Source: an uncultured Actinomycetes bacterium
GTDB taxonomy: Bacteria; Actinomycetota; Actinomycetes; Streptosporangiales; Streptosporangiaceae
Length of the DNA: 64,000 bases
NCBI GenBank assembly: GCA_963723595.1
Contig: CAVRRQ010000012.1
Coordinates: 6,689-70,688 of the forward strand
Direction: 5' to 3'
Position 1 is the stretch's first letter. Each line of letters starts with the position of its first letter. Both the position numbers and the translations under genes were made by a program. Shown here piece after piece: positions 1-9,008 of the stretch. Below the pieces are notes generated by a model. It saw only the letters and a program-made list of their open reading frames with translations, was not told where the DNA came from and searched no databases.

Positions 1-1
1 G

Positions 2-70
2 GAACCGCCGCTGCTGCACCACCAGGGCCGGTTCACCCGCCCGGAGCCCGGGATCCACGATGACCACTAG
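2..70 (+). CDS. 3' end of an upstream CDS (partial at window edge, product unknown)
   Basis: Frame 2 is open from the window edge to TAG 68-70 (...EPPLLHHQGRFTRPEPGIHDDH*), with G/C at nearly every third position. It overlaps the ATG of the next gene by 11 nt. Confidence 0.3.
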   Translation, partial: EPPLLHHQGRFTRPEPGIHDDH

Positions 71-1577
71 GACGCAGAGCCTGCCCGGGGGCCCCGGCCT
101 GGCGCCAGGCCGCGGGCCGGTGATCGCGATCATCGGCGGGGGTGCCAGCGGCACGCTGGCCGCCATCCACCTGCTCCGCACGGCCACCGCGCGGCAGTAC
201 CCGCTGCGGATCGCGCTGATCGACCGGCTGGGCCGGCACGGGCGGGGTGAGGCCTACTCGACGGCCAACCCGGCGCACTTGCTGAACGCGCTGACGGCCC
301 GGATGAGCGGGGTGGCCGGGGACCCTGACCACCTGCTCCGCTGGGCCGCCGCGGCCGGGCTCGGCGGCCTGGAGTTCCTGCCCAGGCAGGCCTTCGGCCG
401 CTATCTCCAGGACACGCTGGCGGACGCGCAGCGCCGGGCCGCGCCGCTGTCCCGGCTCAGCCCGGTCACCTCGGATGTCCTGGGCATCCGGCCCGGTTCC
501 GGGGGCGGCCCGCTGCGGCTGCTGCTGGCTGACGGCGCCACCCTCGAGGCCGACGCCGCGATCCTGGCCACCGGCAACCCGCCGCCGTCCCCGCCGCTGC
601 CGTTCCCGGACAGCCCCTGGTGCATCGCGAACCCCTGGGCCCCCGGTGCCCTGGACGCGGTCCAGGACGGCCGTCCGGTGGTCATCCTGGGCACCGGGCT
701 GACCATGCTGGACGTGGCCACGGCGGTGACCGCCGATCCGCGGACCACGGTCCGGGCCGTCTCCCGGCACGGGATGCTCCCCCAGGTGCACCGGGGCAGC
801 GGCGGCCCGGCCGACGCCATCTGGCTGCCCGCCCTGTCGGATACGGGCGGCCCGGTCCGGCTGCCGGAACTCGTCTGGCAGGTCAGGTCGGCCATGGCCA
901 GCCGGCCCAACCACTGGCAGGACGTGGTCAACGCGGTGCGGCCGCACGTGCCCAGCCTCTGGCGGCGGCTGCCGGACCGGGACAAGCGGCTGTTCGTGCG
1001 CCACGTGGCCCGCTACTGGGAGGTGCACCGGCACCGGATGCCGCCCGCGACCGCCCGGCGGATCACCGAGCTGCGCTGCACCGGGCGGCTGTCGGTGCTG
1101 CGCGGCCGGGTCACCGGGATCACCGAGGCCCAGGACGGCCCCGAGGGCTCCTTCCCGGGCGGTGCTGCGGGCACGGCCCCGGCCGCCACGGTCCCAGCGG
1201 GGCAGCCGCCGGAACGGCTGCGCATCCGGCTGGAGCAGGACGGGTCCGTCACGGACCTGGCCGCGGGCTGGCTGATCAACGCGACCGGGCCGGGCACCGA
1301 CCTCACCCGGACGGCCGACCCCCTGCTGCGGGACCTGGTCGGCCAGGGCCTGGCCCGGCCGGACCCGCTCCGGCTCGGCCTGGACGCCGCCCTGGACGGC
1401 GCCGTGCTGGACGCCGCGGGGATTCCGAGCGCCACCCTGTTCACGCTCGGCCCGACGCTGCGCGGGGTGCGCTACGAGACGACCGCCATCCCGGAGATCC
1501 GGGACCAGGCGGCGGCCCTGGCCGGGCTGCTGACCGCGGCGCCCTGGGCCCGCGAGCACCCGGGCAGCGCCGCCTGA
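60..1577 (+). CDS. FAD/NAD(P)-binding oxidoreductase
   Basis: 505-aa ORF starting at ATG 60. N-terminal dinucleotide-binding motif VIAIIGGGASGTLAAIHLL and a second Rossmann-like motif VVILGTGLTMLD. Strong GC3 bias in this frame; the long antisense ORFs are shadows. Confidence 0.8.
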   Translation: MTTRTQSLPGGPGLAPGRGPVIAIIGGGASGTLAAIHLLRTATARQYPLRIALIDRLGRHGRGEAYSTANPAHLLNALTARMSGVAGDPDHLLRWAAAAGLGGLEFLPRQAFGRYLQDTLADAQRRAAPLSRLSPVTSDVLGIRPGSGGGPLRLLLADGATLEADAAILATGNPPPSPPLPFPDSPWCIANPWAPGALDAVQDGRPVVILGTGLTMLDVATAVTADPRTTVRAVSRHGMLPQVHRGSGGPADAIWLPALSDTGGPVRLPELVWQVRSAMASRPNHWQDVVNAVRPHVPSLWRRLPDRDKRLFVRHVARYWEVHRHRMPPATARRITELRCTGRLSVLRGRVTGITEAQDGPEGSFPGGAAGTAPAATVPAGQPPERLRIRLEQDGSVTDLAAGWLINATGPGTDLTRTADPLLRDLVGQGLARPDPLRLGLDAALDGAVLDAAGIPSATLFTLGPTLRGVRYETTAIPEIRDQAAALAGLLTAAPWAREHPGSAA

Positions 1578-1617
1578 ATCAGTCGGCGGCGGATGCGGGG
1601 ACCCTTAGAGTGACGCC

Positions 1618-2478
1618 ATGACGATCCCGGCGGCCCGTGCCGATCAGACCAGTGCAGCCCAGATGCAGGCCGAGCGGGCGCGGGCCTTCCGCGCCCTGCA
1701 TGAGGGCCCCGAGCCGCTGCTGCTCCCTAATCCGTGGGACGCCGGATCGGCCCGGCTGCTGGCCTCGCTGGGCTTCGCCGCGCTGGCCACGACGAGCGGC
1801 GGCTTCGCGGCCACGCTGGGGCGCATGGACGGTGAGGTGACCCGGGACGAGGTGCTCGGGCACGCCGCCGCCATCGTCGCGGCGACCCCGCTGCCGGTCT
1901 CGGCCGACCTGGAGAACGCCTTCGCCGACGAGCCGGCCGGCGTGGCCGAGACGATCGGGCTGGCCGCCGGGGCCGGGCTGGCCGGCTGCTCAGTCGAGGA
2001 CTTCACCCGCCGCCCCGGCGAGCCCATCTACGACCTGGGGCTGGCCCGCGAGCGGGTGGCCGCGGCCGCGTCAGCGGCCCAGGCGGCCCCCGGGCCGCTG
2101 GTGCTCACCGCCCGCGCCGAGAACTACCTGCACGGCCGGCCGGACCTGGCCGACACCATCCGCCGCCTGCAGGCGTACCAGGAGGCGGGCGCGGATGTGC
2201 TGTACGCACCCGGGCTGACCAGCCTGGCCGACATCCGGGCCGTGGTCAGCTCGGTGGACCGGCCGGTGAACGTGCTCGCCCTCGCGGGCGCCCCGGCCGT
2301 GCCGCAACTGGCCGCGGCGGGCGTGCGGCGGATCTCGGTGGGCTCGGCCTTCTCCAACGCCGCCTTCGGCGCGCTGGTGTCGTCCGCCCGCGAACTGCGC
2401 GAGGAGGGCACGTACGGATTCCTGGACCTGGCCGCCACCGGCCGCGCGCAGACCTCCGCCGCGTTCCGCGATCAATAG
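1618..2478 (+). CDS. isocitrate lyase / PEP mutase superfamily protein (2-methylisocitrate-lyase-like)
   Basis: 286-aa ORF. The N-terminal segment FRALHEGPEPLLLPNPWDAGSARLLASLGFAALATTSGG is typical of the PEP mutase/ICL fold family. Confidence 0.85.
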   Translation: MTIPAARADQTSAAQMQAERARAFRALHEGPEPLLLPNPWDAGSARLLASLGFAALATTSGGFAATLGRMDGEVTRDEVLGHAAAIVAATPLPVSADLENAFADEPAGVAETIGLAAGAGLAGCSVEDFTRRPGEPIYDLGLARERVAAAASAAQAAPGPLVLTARAENYLHGRPDLADTIRRLQAYQEAGADVLYAPGLTSLADIRAVVSSVDRPVNVLALAGAPAVPQLAAAGVRRISVGSAFSNAAFGALVSSARELREEGTYGFLDLAATGRAQTSAAFRDQ

Positions 2479-2576
2479 CCCGGCCCCTGCCCCGGCCCCT
2501 GCCCCGGCCCCTGCCGTGCCCGGACCCGGCCCCTGCCCCTGCTGTGCCCCGGACCTGGACCCCGGACCTGGACCCG
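2479..2576. repeat. 12-bp microsatellite (CCCGGCCCCTGC x3 perfect, then degenerate copies and CCGGACCTGGAC x2)
   Basis: Begins at the base after the TAG stop of the preceding gene. Three perfect 12-mers at 2479-2514, followed by related 12-mers to about 2576. Confidence 0.9.
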
Positions 2577-2670
2577 GGGGAGCCTTCCGCCTGGGTCTGC
2601 CCACCCGCTCCCGCGGGCTGGCCCGCACCACCGGCATCATGGGTCACGTCGATCATGGCCAGCGCCGACC

Positions 2671-2740
2671 TTTCCCGCGAACGGTGCGCCTTCCCGGGGT
2701 TTTTTGCCCGTTCCGGCGCACGGTCCGCGGGAAACGTGGG
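2671..2740. repeat. palindromic intergenic element, copy A (20-bp arms, 24-nt A/T-containing spacer)
   Basis: Left arm TTTCCCGCGAACGGTGCGCC (2671-2690). Right arm GGCGCACGGTCCGCGGGAAA (2715-2734), an 18/20 complement of the left arm, plus flank CGTGGG. The reverse complement aligns with copy B at 47049 and copy C at 11663. Confidence 0.8.
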
Positions 2741-2838
2741 CGGGAGGGGTCAGTGTGACTCGGGGCACGGGGCATTTGAAGGCCCGGGCCGCGGGAAAAT
2801 GGGCTGCGCTTGGTATCGCCGCTGGGCATGCTGCGGTG

Positions 2839-3762
2839 ATGGATTTCAACGACACCGCGCAGGACTGGCAGACGCATGGATTTGCCGTACTTCCGGGACT
2901 TATCCCGATCCGCGAGCTGGCCCCGGCCGTGAGTGAGCTGCAGCTCATGTTTCCCTCCGCCGAGGGGTTCCACGGTCGCAGTGACGCCAGGTACGTCCGG
3001 TACCTGGATGATGAGTTCGCGGGTATCGACAGCTTCCCGTTCCGCAGCGTGCAGGTCAGCCTCCTGGCCGTGCACGTCCGCCTCGTGCAACTCGCCGAGC
3101 TGCTGCTTCAGGATGATGACATCCGCATCTACTCAGCTGAGGCCTGGGCCAAATACACCGGTGCCGCTGAGTACGACCAGGCCCTGCATCGCGACTACCT
3201 GAACCACACCACCCTGGTCCCGGCGGCTGGGCCTGCTTATCAGCAGCTGGAGATGTTCCTCTACCTGGCCGACGTGCCCGAGGAGCTAGGGCCCCCGCAT
3301 CTCGTGTCCTCCACCCGCACTGCTGATTTCCCGGTCCGGCCTAACTGGTACCCGCGAGCCGCCGGAGCTGATAGCGAGGGTGGTTTCGTGTCCAGCACCG
3401 GGAGTCCGGGCTTGTACGGAGCGGAAGTATCCGCCGCGGGCCCGGCAGGCACGGTGGTCGCCTTCCAGCCGGGCACCTTCCACCGGGGTACCGCCATGTC
3501 CGCCGCCGGAGGCGCCCGGTACACCATGCATCTCGGCTACCGTCCGGCCAGCGCGGAGTGGGCTCAGCGCCAGGCCTGGGCCAGCTGCAGTCATGACCCC
3601 GCCTGGTATCAGTTCGTTGAACACGCCTCACCGCGCCAGCTTGAGCTATTTGGTTTCCCGCCGCCCGGTCACCCCTTCTGGACAGCTGAGACCCTGAGCG
3701 GAATGGCGCTGCGATACCCCGGCATTGATCTGTCGGCCTGGTCAGTGCAGTGCGACGGGTGA
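2839..3762 (+). CDS. phytanoyl-CoA dioxygenase (PhyH)-like Fe(II)/2-oxoglutarate oxygenase, putative
   Basis: ORF 2704-3762; I prefer ATG 2839 (MDFNDTAQDWQTHGFAVLPGLIP...). The size of about 307 aa and the N-terminal pattern resemble the PhyH family. Locally lower GC than the neighbours. The function call is tentative. Confidence 0.55.
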   Translation: MDFNDTAQDWQTHGFAVLPGLIPIRELAPAVSELQLMFPSAEGFHGRSDARYVRYLDDEFAGIDSFPFRSVQVSLLAVHVRLVQLAELLLQDDDIRIYSAEAWAKYTGAAEYDQALHRDYLNHTTLVPAAGPAYQQLEMFLYLADVPEELGPPHLVSSTRTADFPVRPNWYPRAAGADSEGGFVSSTGSPGLYGAEVSAAGPAGTVVAFQPGTFHRGTAMSAAGGARYTMHLGYRPASAEWAQRQAWASCSHDPAWYQFVEHASPRQLELFGFPPPGHPFWTAETLSGMALRYPGIDLSAWSVQCDG

Positions 3763-3786
3763 AAGCCCGGTGCGCTACCGGGCGGG

Positions 3787-4656
3787 TCAGCTGTCGAGGC
3801 TGAGGACCATGGTGGGGCGCTCGATGACATGGTCCTCACGCAGCGGGCGGACCGCCGTGCCGATGGCGAAGAACTCCGTGGTGTGCGAGCCCCATGTGTG
3901 GCTGTGCTGGCGGAGCTGCACCCCGACGATGCCCTCGGCGTGGAGCTCTTCCGCTTCCGCCTGCATCCGGCTCATGGCCAGCTCACGCGCGTCGTACAGG
4001 GCCTGGGTGAACTGCTCCAGCTCCACATTCCGGCCGATGTTGCCGATCTTCCCGCTCATCCGCTGGTGCGCGATGTGATACACGCACGAGCCCATCGTCA
4101 TGCCGAGCGGCGCGTACCCGGCCCGGATCAGCGTCCAGAAGTCCTGCCCGGACAGGTCCGAGGTGAATGGCTGCCGCTTATTGTTGCGCCAGTCCGAGAC
4201 GCCGCCGCCGCCTGCGCCCGGCTCGGCCTTGACCGCGGTGCCGACCGCGATGAACTCGGCGATGTCGTTGCCGAATTCCTTCATCTCCACGTCCAGCCGG
4301 ACCCCGACGATGCCGTCCGCGCCGAGCGCGTCCGCCTCCGCCTCCATCCGGGTCATGGCCAGCTCCCGGGCGTGGTACATGGCCTGGGAGAGCACGTCGA
4401 GTTCCTGGTTCTTGCCCCAGCGGCCGACCTGCAGCCCCACGTGGTAGATGGAACTGCCCAGCACCAGCCCCAGCGGGCGGAACCCCACCTCGCGGACCAG
4501 CAGGAACTCGTTCACCGACAGGTCAGAAGTAAACAGGCCACCCGGGCGGCCCGGGCGGAGCTCCGCCAGGCGGCGCAGGGCATCCTGCGGGACGCCCTCC
4601 ACCCTCAGCTCAGTGCTCTGCTTATCGCTCAGCTCGGAGCTCTGCTGGTCGGTCAT
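3787..4656 (-). CDS. YbjQ/DUF74 (heavy-metal-binding-like) protein with two tandem YbjQ domains
   Basis: 289 aa with two repeats of the YbjQ signature: FTSDLSxxEF...AMYHARELAMTRMEAEADALGADGIVGVRLDVE...AVGTAVK, and a second copy ALYDARELAMSRMQAEAEELHAEGIVGVQL...AIGTAVR. Confidence 0.8.
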   Translation of the reverse strand: MTDQQSSELSDKQSTELRVEGVPQDALRRLAELRPGRPGGLFTSDLSVNEFLLVREVGFRPLGLVLGSSIYHVGLQVGRWGKNQELDVLSQAMYHARELAMTRMEAEADALGADGIVGVRLDVEMKEFGNDIAEFIAVGTAVKAEPGAGGGGVSDWRNNKRQPFTSDLSGQDFWTLIRAGYAPLGMTMGSCVYHIAHQRMSGKIGNIGRNVELEQFTQALYDARELAMSRMQAEAEELHAEGIVGVQLRQHSHTWGSHTTEFFAIGTAVRPLREDHVIERPTMVLSLDS

Positions 4657-4712
4657 GTCTTCCCCTCACCCCTGCTCATACTGCCAGTCCGGCCCAATAC
4701 TGCCCGTCAGCG

Positions 4713-5630
4713 TCACAGCCGTACCCGGGCGGCCTGGCGGCGCTGCGGGTCGAGCGACAGGATCGCCAGCGGCGGTGGCGGCTTGGCCACCGACGCGAAC
4801 CGGACCATGGCGGTGCCCACGATCGTCGCCTCCACAATGTGATCTTTACCGTGCTCCTGGATCGGGCACTCGCGCTCGTGGACCCGCATGTCCATCTGCC
4901 GGACCACGACACCTTCCCCGCCCAGGCGGCGCACGTCCTTCTCCAGCTGCTGGCGGGCGTCGTGCCGGGTGTCGTTCACCAGCTCGGTGTAGCCGACCAC
5001 CTCGGCGTTGCCCGCGCCCCAGCGGGTCTGGCCCACGGTCAGCCAGTCGTCGTGCCGGGCTCCCACCGAGATGCCCAGCGCCAGCCCGGCCGGCACCCAG
5101 CCCGACGAGAGCATCTTGGCAAAGTCTTGCCCGGACAGGTCGGAGCTGAACGGCCTGGGGAGCGGCGGCGATCCCGCCGCGCGCACCGCGGTGCCGATCG
5201 CCTTGAACTCCAGGCCGCCGGCCGGGAATGAGCCGATCGTCAGGGACACCCCGACGATGCCGTGCCCGCCCAGTTCGGAGCACTCGGTGGTCATCCGCGT
5301 GATGGCCAGGTGCCGCGCGTCGTACATGGCCTGGGTGAGCGGCCCGAACGAGCCATAACCGCCCCGCCCGGACACCTGGGTCACGCTGCGGTACGCCTGC
5401 GTGTATGAGCCGAAACCGGACCACGCCCCCGGGCAGTTGTAGCCGCCCGAGAACCCGATGTTGTAGACGGCGGCCCCGAGCACCTGGCCGACGGGCTCGA
5501 AGCCCGCCGACCGGATCGCGGCGAACTCCTCGGTGCTGAGCGCCGAACTCCAGGTCCCGCTGCTGCGGATCTCTGCCATCCGGGCCTGGGCAGCCGTGGG
5601 AAGGTCATCACCCGCCCGGTCATCCGCCAC
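4713..5630 (-). CDS. YbjQ/DUF74 protein with two tandem YbjQ domains (paralogue of the downstream gene)
   Basis: 305 aa. [30 protein letters not shown]...AIGTAVR, followed by a second more divergent domain ([14 protein letters not shown]...VGTAMV). Confidence 0.75.
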   Translation of the reverse strand: MADDRAGDDLPTAAQARMAEIRSSGTWSSALSTEEFAAIRSAGFEPVGQVLGAAVYNIGFSGGYNCPGAWSGFGSYTQAYRSVTQVSGRGGYGSFGPLTQAMYDARHLAITRMTTECSELGGHGIVGVSLTIGSFPAGGLEFKAIGTAVRAAGSPPLPRPFSSDLSGQDFAKMLSSGWVPAGLALGISVGARHDDWLTVGQTRWGAGNAEVVGYTELVNDTRHDARQQLEKDVRRLGGEGVVVRQMDMRVHERECPIQEHGKDHIVEATIVGTAMVRFASVAKPPPPLAILSLDPQRRQAARVRL

Positions 5631-5702
5631 CGTGCGCCCCTTCCGGCATCGTCGCAGACCCCACGATACCTGCCGGCGCCGTGATCACCCCCGCCCGCGG
5701 CG

Positions 5703-5876
5703 TCAATCCTCGTCAGCCTTATCCCATTCCTCATTGCGGCGCCGGACGGTGTCCAGCGCGTGGGCCGCTTCGTCCTGGGTGGCGAACGGGCCCAGGCGCT
5801 CCTTGTCCGGGCAGCCCGGGCCGTGCTCCACGGTCTGATGGGTCAGGCAGTACCACCAACTCTGGTCTTCGTTCAT
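5703..5876 (-). CDS. small conserved hypothetical protein (57 aa, Cys/His motif)
   Basis: Not in the supplied ORF track because it is under 60 aa. ATG 5876 to TGA 5703 gives [57 protein letters not shown]. Balanced composition and good GC3. It lies divergent from map. Confidence 0.6.
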   Translation of the reverse strand: MNEDQSWWYCLTHQTVEHGPGCPDKERLGPFATQDEAAHALDTVRRRNEEWDKADED

Positions 5877-5896
5877 GCGCACTAGAATCCCAGACC

Positions 5897-6745
5897 ATGG
5901 CGACCTTGCTCCATCCCGGCCGGATTTCCCCGCAACGGCAGGTGCCGGCCAGCATCCCGCGGCCCGAGTACGTCGGCCGCAAGTACCCGCGGACCGGCGA
6001 GCCGGACGTCAAGGACGCGGAGACCATCGGGCGCATGCGCGTCGCCGGGCGGCTGGCCGCCCAGGCGCTCGAAGAGGTCGGCAGGCATGTCGCGCCCGGG
6101 GTCACCACCGACGAACTGGACCGGGTCGGCCACGACTTCCTCGTCGATCACGGCGCCTACCCCAGCACCCTGGGCTACCGCGGTTACCCGAAGTCGCTGT
6201 GCACCTCACTAAATGAGGCCATCTGCCACGGCATCCCGGACGACACGGTGATCGCGGACGGCGACATCGTGAACGTGGACATCACCGCCTATATCGGCGG
6301 CGTGCACGGCGACACCAACGCGACCTTCCTGGCCGGCCAGGTGGATGAGGAGTCGCGGCTACTGGTGGAGCGCACCTACGAGGCCATGATGCGGGGCATC
6401 CGGGCCGTCGCCCCCGGGCGCCCGCTCAACGCCGTCGGCCGGGTGATCGAGTCCTACGCCCGCCGGTTCGGCTACGGCGTCGTCCGCGACTTCACCGGCC
6501 ACGGCATCGGCACCACGTTCCATTCCGGCCTGATCGTGCCCCACTTCGACGACCCAGCGGTCAACGTGGTGATGGAAGAGGGCATGACGTTCACGATCGA
6601 GCCCATGCTGACCCTGGGCACAATCGCCTACGACGTCTGGGACGACGGCTGGACCGCGGTCACCAAGGACCACAAGCGCACCGCGCAGTTCGAGCACACA
6701 CTGCTGGTCACCGTCAACGGCTACGAGATCCTGACCCTCCCCTAG
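5897..6745 (+). CDS. map: type I methionine aminopeptidase
   Basis: Within ORF 5681-6745; ATG 5897 ([17 protein letters not shown]...). Typical MetAP-I segments are present: [54 protein letters not shown]. Confidence 0.95.
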   Translation: MATLLHPGRISPQRQVPASIPRPEYVGRKYPRTGEPDVKDAETIGRMRVAGRLAAQALEEVGRHVAPGVTTDELDRVGHDFLVDHGAYPSTLGYRGYPKSLCTSLNEAICHGIPDDTVIADGDIVNVDITAYIGGVHGDTNATFLAGQVDEESRLLVERTYEAMMRGIRAVAPGRPLNAVGRVIESYARRFGYGVVRDFTGHGIGTTFHSGLIVPHFDDPAVNVVMEEGMTFTIEPMLTLGTIAYDVWDDGWTAVTKDHKRTAQFEHTLLVTVNGYEILTLP

Positions 6746-6760
6746 AGCCGGCTCGCCCGT

Positions 6761-8020
6761 TCAGCTCGCCGGGCGCCGCCCGCGCAGGCGGCGCGCGGTG
6801 AGCACGGCGAACACGGCCAGTGCGGCCAGGAATCCGGCCGCGCCGGCCGCGCCGATGCCGCCGAGCACGGCGATCCGCGCCTCATCCCGGTGCGTGACCT
6901 GGATCGGCCCGGGCCTGGCCCCGCCGAAGTGACGGCCCGCCGCCAGCCCGGCTGAAGGCTTGTCCCGGGCGAGCCGGCCCGCTGCCCGCAGCGCCGCGGC
7001 CGCGTCGACCTCCCCGAATCCGGTAGCGGGGCTGTACCCGGCCGCCGGGCGGCGTGCCGCCGAGCTGATCATCGCCTGCTCGACCTGGGCCGGGGAGAGT
7101 CCCGGGTACGCCGACCGGATCAGGGTGGCGACCCCAGCCACGAAGGCCGACGCCGGGCTGGTCCCGCTGGCCTGCAGGTAGGTCCCGCCCGGCCCGGCCC
7201 CGATGACGTTGACGCCGGGCGCGGAGAGCACCACGGAGGAGTTGCGGTCGGAGAACGGGGCCCGGGCCCCGGAACCGTTCAGCGCCGCCACCGACACCAC
7301 TCCGGTGAACGATGCGGGGTAGGAGTACGGCGTGTACTCGGGCCCCGTCGCGCCGCTGTTGCCGGCCGACGCCACCACCACGATGCCCCGGGACACCGCG
7401 TAGGCCAGGGCCGCCTGCATCGCCCGGCTGGGCTCGACGGAACCCAGGGACATGTTGATGACACCGGCTCCGTGGCTCGCGGCGTACCGGATGCCCTGGC
7501 CGATCGCATCCGCGAACCGGGGGTCGGTGTTGTACGGCCCCACGCCGGGTTCCTGGTCGTCGAGGATGACCCGGACGGAGAGCACCCGGGCGGCGGGCGC
7601 GACGCCGATGATCCCTCCGTCCCGGCCCGGCCCGCTGCCGTGCCCGGCGATCAGCGAGGCGATGAACGTCCCGTGCAGATGCGGCGGCTGGTAGCCAGGC
7701 GGGTCCGCGCCCAGGGTGTAGTCCGGCCCGGTGCTGACCGATCCGGACAGGTCGGCCGCGCCGGTGTCGACCCCGGTGTCCAGCACGCCGACGGTCACCC
7801 CGCGACCCTGGCTCAGCCGCCAGGCGGCCGGGACGTCGATGGCGTTGAGCTGGGCCTGCTCGGCCGTGCGGACGGGGCCCCCGCCGCCCGGGCTCAGGCC
7901 GGGTGAGGACCCGCGCGCCGCGACCGCGGCGCCGTGGTGCCCGCCGAGCCACGGCAGCACCGCCGCGGCCACGGCCGCCAGCGTGGCCCGGACCCGGGCC
8001 GGGCCGGTCAGCACGACCAC
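6761..8020 (-). CDS. S8 family serine peptidase, mycosin-like (signal peptide plus C-terminal TM anchor)
   Basis: C-terminal 420 codons of the 760-aa ORF. Catalytic triad contexts VGVLDTGVD, HGTFIASLIAG and GTSPASAFVAGVA. C-terminal helix IAVLGGIGAAGAAGFLAALAVFAVL followed by RRLRGRRP. The GTG at 8020 (or 8014) overlaps the stop of the upstream gene. Confidence 0.85.
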   Translation of the reverse strand: MVVLTGPARVRATLAAVAAAVLPWLGGHHGAAVAARGSSPGLSPGGGGPVRTAEQAQLNAIDVPAAWRLSQGRGVTVGVLDTGVDTGAADLSGSVSTGPDYTLGADPPGYQPPHLHGTFIASLIAGHGSGPGRDGGIIGVAPAARVLSVRVILDDQEPGVGPYNTDPRFADAIGQGIRYAASHGAGVINMSLGSVEPSRAMQAALAYAVSRGIVVVASAGNSGATGPEYTPYSYPASFTGVVSVAALNGSGARAPFSDRNSSVVLSAPGVNVIGAGPGGTYLQASGTSPASAFVAGVATLIRSAYPGLSPAQVEQAMISSAARRPAAGYSPATGFGEVDAAAALRAAGRLARDKPSAGLAAGRHFGGARPGPIQVTHRDEARIAVLGGIGAAGAAGFLAALAVFAVLTARRLRGRRPAS

Positions 8021-8776
8021 TGCCGGCGGGCGCAGTTGACCACGGCGGGCTGGTTCAGCGGGGCCAGGATCTGGCGGGCCAGCTGCTGGGCGGCGTTGAA
8101 CGCCGCGGCGTTGAACTCCCCCGTCGCGGCGGCCGGGCGGCCGTCCGCGTACCCGGCCACGGTGAGCAGGACGTAGGGACCGTCCTGACGTGCGGTCGCC
8201 GCCTGGCGGGCCGCAGCGGTGAATCGCGCGCTGGCCGTCCCGGGCAGCGCCAGGGCGCGGAGCGCGGCGGCCGGCGGGTGCCCTGGCCGCAGGCGCCCCG
8301 CCGGGAGACGGCGGGTGAACGCGGCGGCCCGGGCCCGGTCGGGGAACGCGAGCACGCCGGTGGTGTAGACGACACCGTCCAGCTGATCGACGTAGCTGGC
8401 CCGGATCCCGGCCCGGCAGCCGTCCTGGCGGGCCGGGCGGGCCAGCGCGGCGTCCACCGCCGCCGCGCAGCCGTAGCCCGGCGAGATCCCCACGCGGTGC
8501 GCGGTCTCGCGGCCGCGCAGCATGGTGGTGTACCCGAGGTCCGCAGGGAAGATCCGGCCCGCGGGCCAGGATCGCCACCGCCCGGCGACGGCCGCGGCCG
8601 CGGCCGCGGCCCGTTCCGCCGGGGTTGGCGGGCGGGTCTGCCCGGCGACGGCTGCGTGGCCCGCCAGCACCGCCACCGCGAGGCAGCCCGGCCGCGGCCA
8701 GGGCCGTGAGGGCCCTCAGTCCCCTGCGGCGCCCGCGGCCGCCCGCAGGCGGCTGAGGCGGAAGGAAAGCCGGCAT
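8008..8776 (-). CDS. membrane-anchored/secreted protein of unknown function, apparently frameshifted near 8690
   Basis: ATG 8776 (or GTG 9043) opens a frame giving MPAFLPPQPPAGGRGRRRGLRALTALAAAGL. The hydrophobic helix continues in the +1 frame as AVAVLAGHAAVAGQTRPP... through to TGA 8008 (ORF 8008-8676). Both segments have high GC3. Confidence 0.45.
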
Positions 8777-9008
8777 CGGAGCGGCCGGTGCCTGCCCTGG
8801 GGGTGGTGAGGTGGGGGGAACCGCCGGATCCGGGCCGCGCTCCGGGGCCTCGATGCCCGGGATCAGGGGAAAAAGGTCAGGCGCCGCCGGCGGATCGCTC
8901 ACGGGGCAGGCGTGAACCTCCGGCGCGGGACCGGCCACTGTGTCCTCGGGGGCCGCGGAGGTGGCCGGGGCCGGCGCTAAGCCGGGAGCGGCGGGTGACG
9001 GGGGGCCC

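Noticed and set aside
33-1559. Long ORFs antisense to or out of frame with the called genes. Examples: 33-1559 minus, 620-1621 plus, 10470-11492 plus, 13046-14566 plus, 35909-37483 plus, 42060-43652 plus, 45464-46999 plus, 57320-58339 plus.
   Set aside because: Their translations are dominated by Arg, Pro, Gly and Ala with no recognisable motifs. They lack third-position G/C enrichment, and the opposite or alternative frame encodes a clearly recognisable protein. They are stop-poor shadow frames, as expected at this GC content.
2071-2640. Minus-strand ORFs containing GAGAGAGAGAG or GRGRGRGRG runs.
   Set aside because: These are translations of the 12-bp microsatellite plus antisense of the PEP-mutase-family gene. 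There is no independent coding signal.
6761-8020. A type VII (ESX) secretion locus implied by the mycosin-like protease.
   Set aside because: No EccB/C/D/E genes, WXG100 (Esx) genes or PE/PPE genes occur anywhere in the 64 kb. Only the protease architecture is reminiscent.
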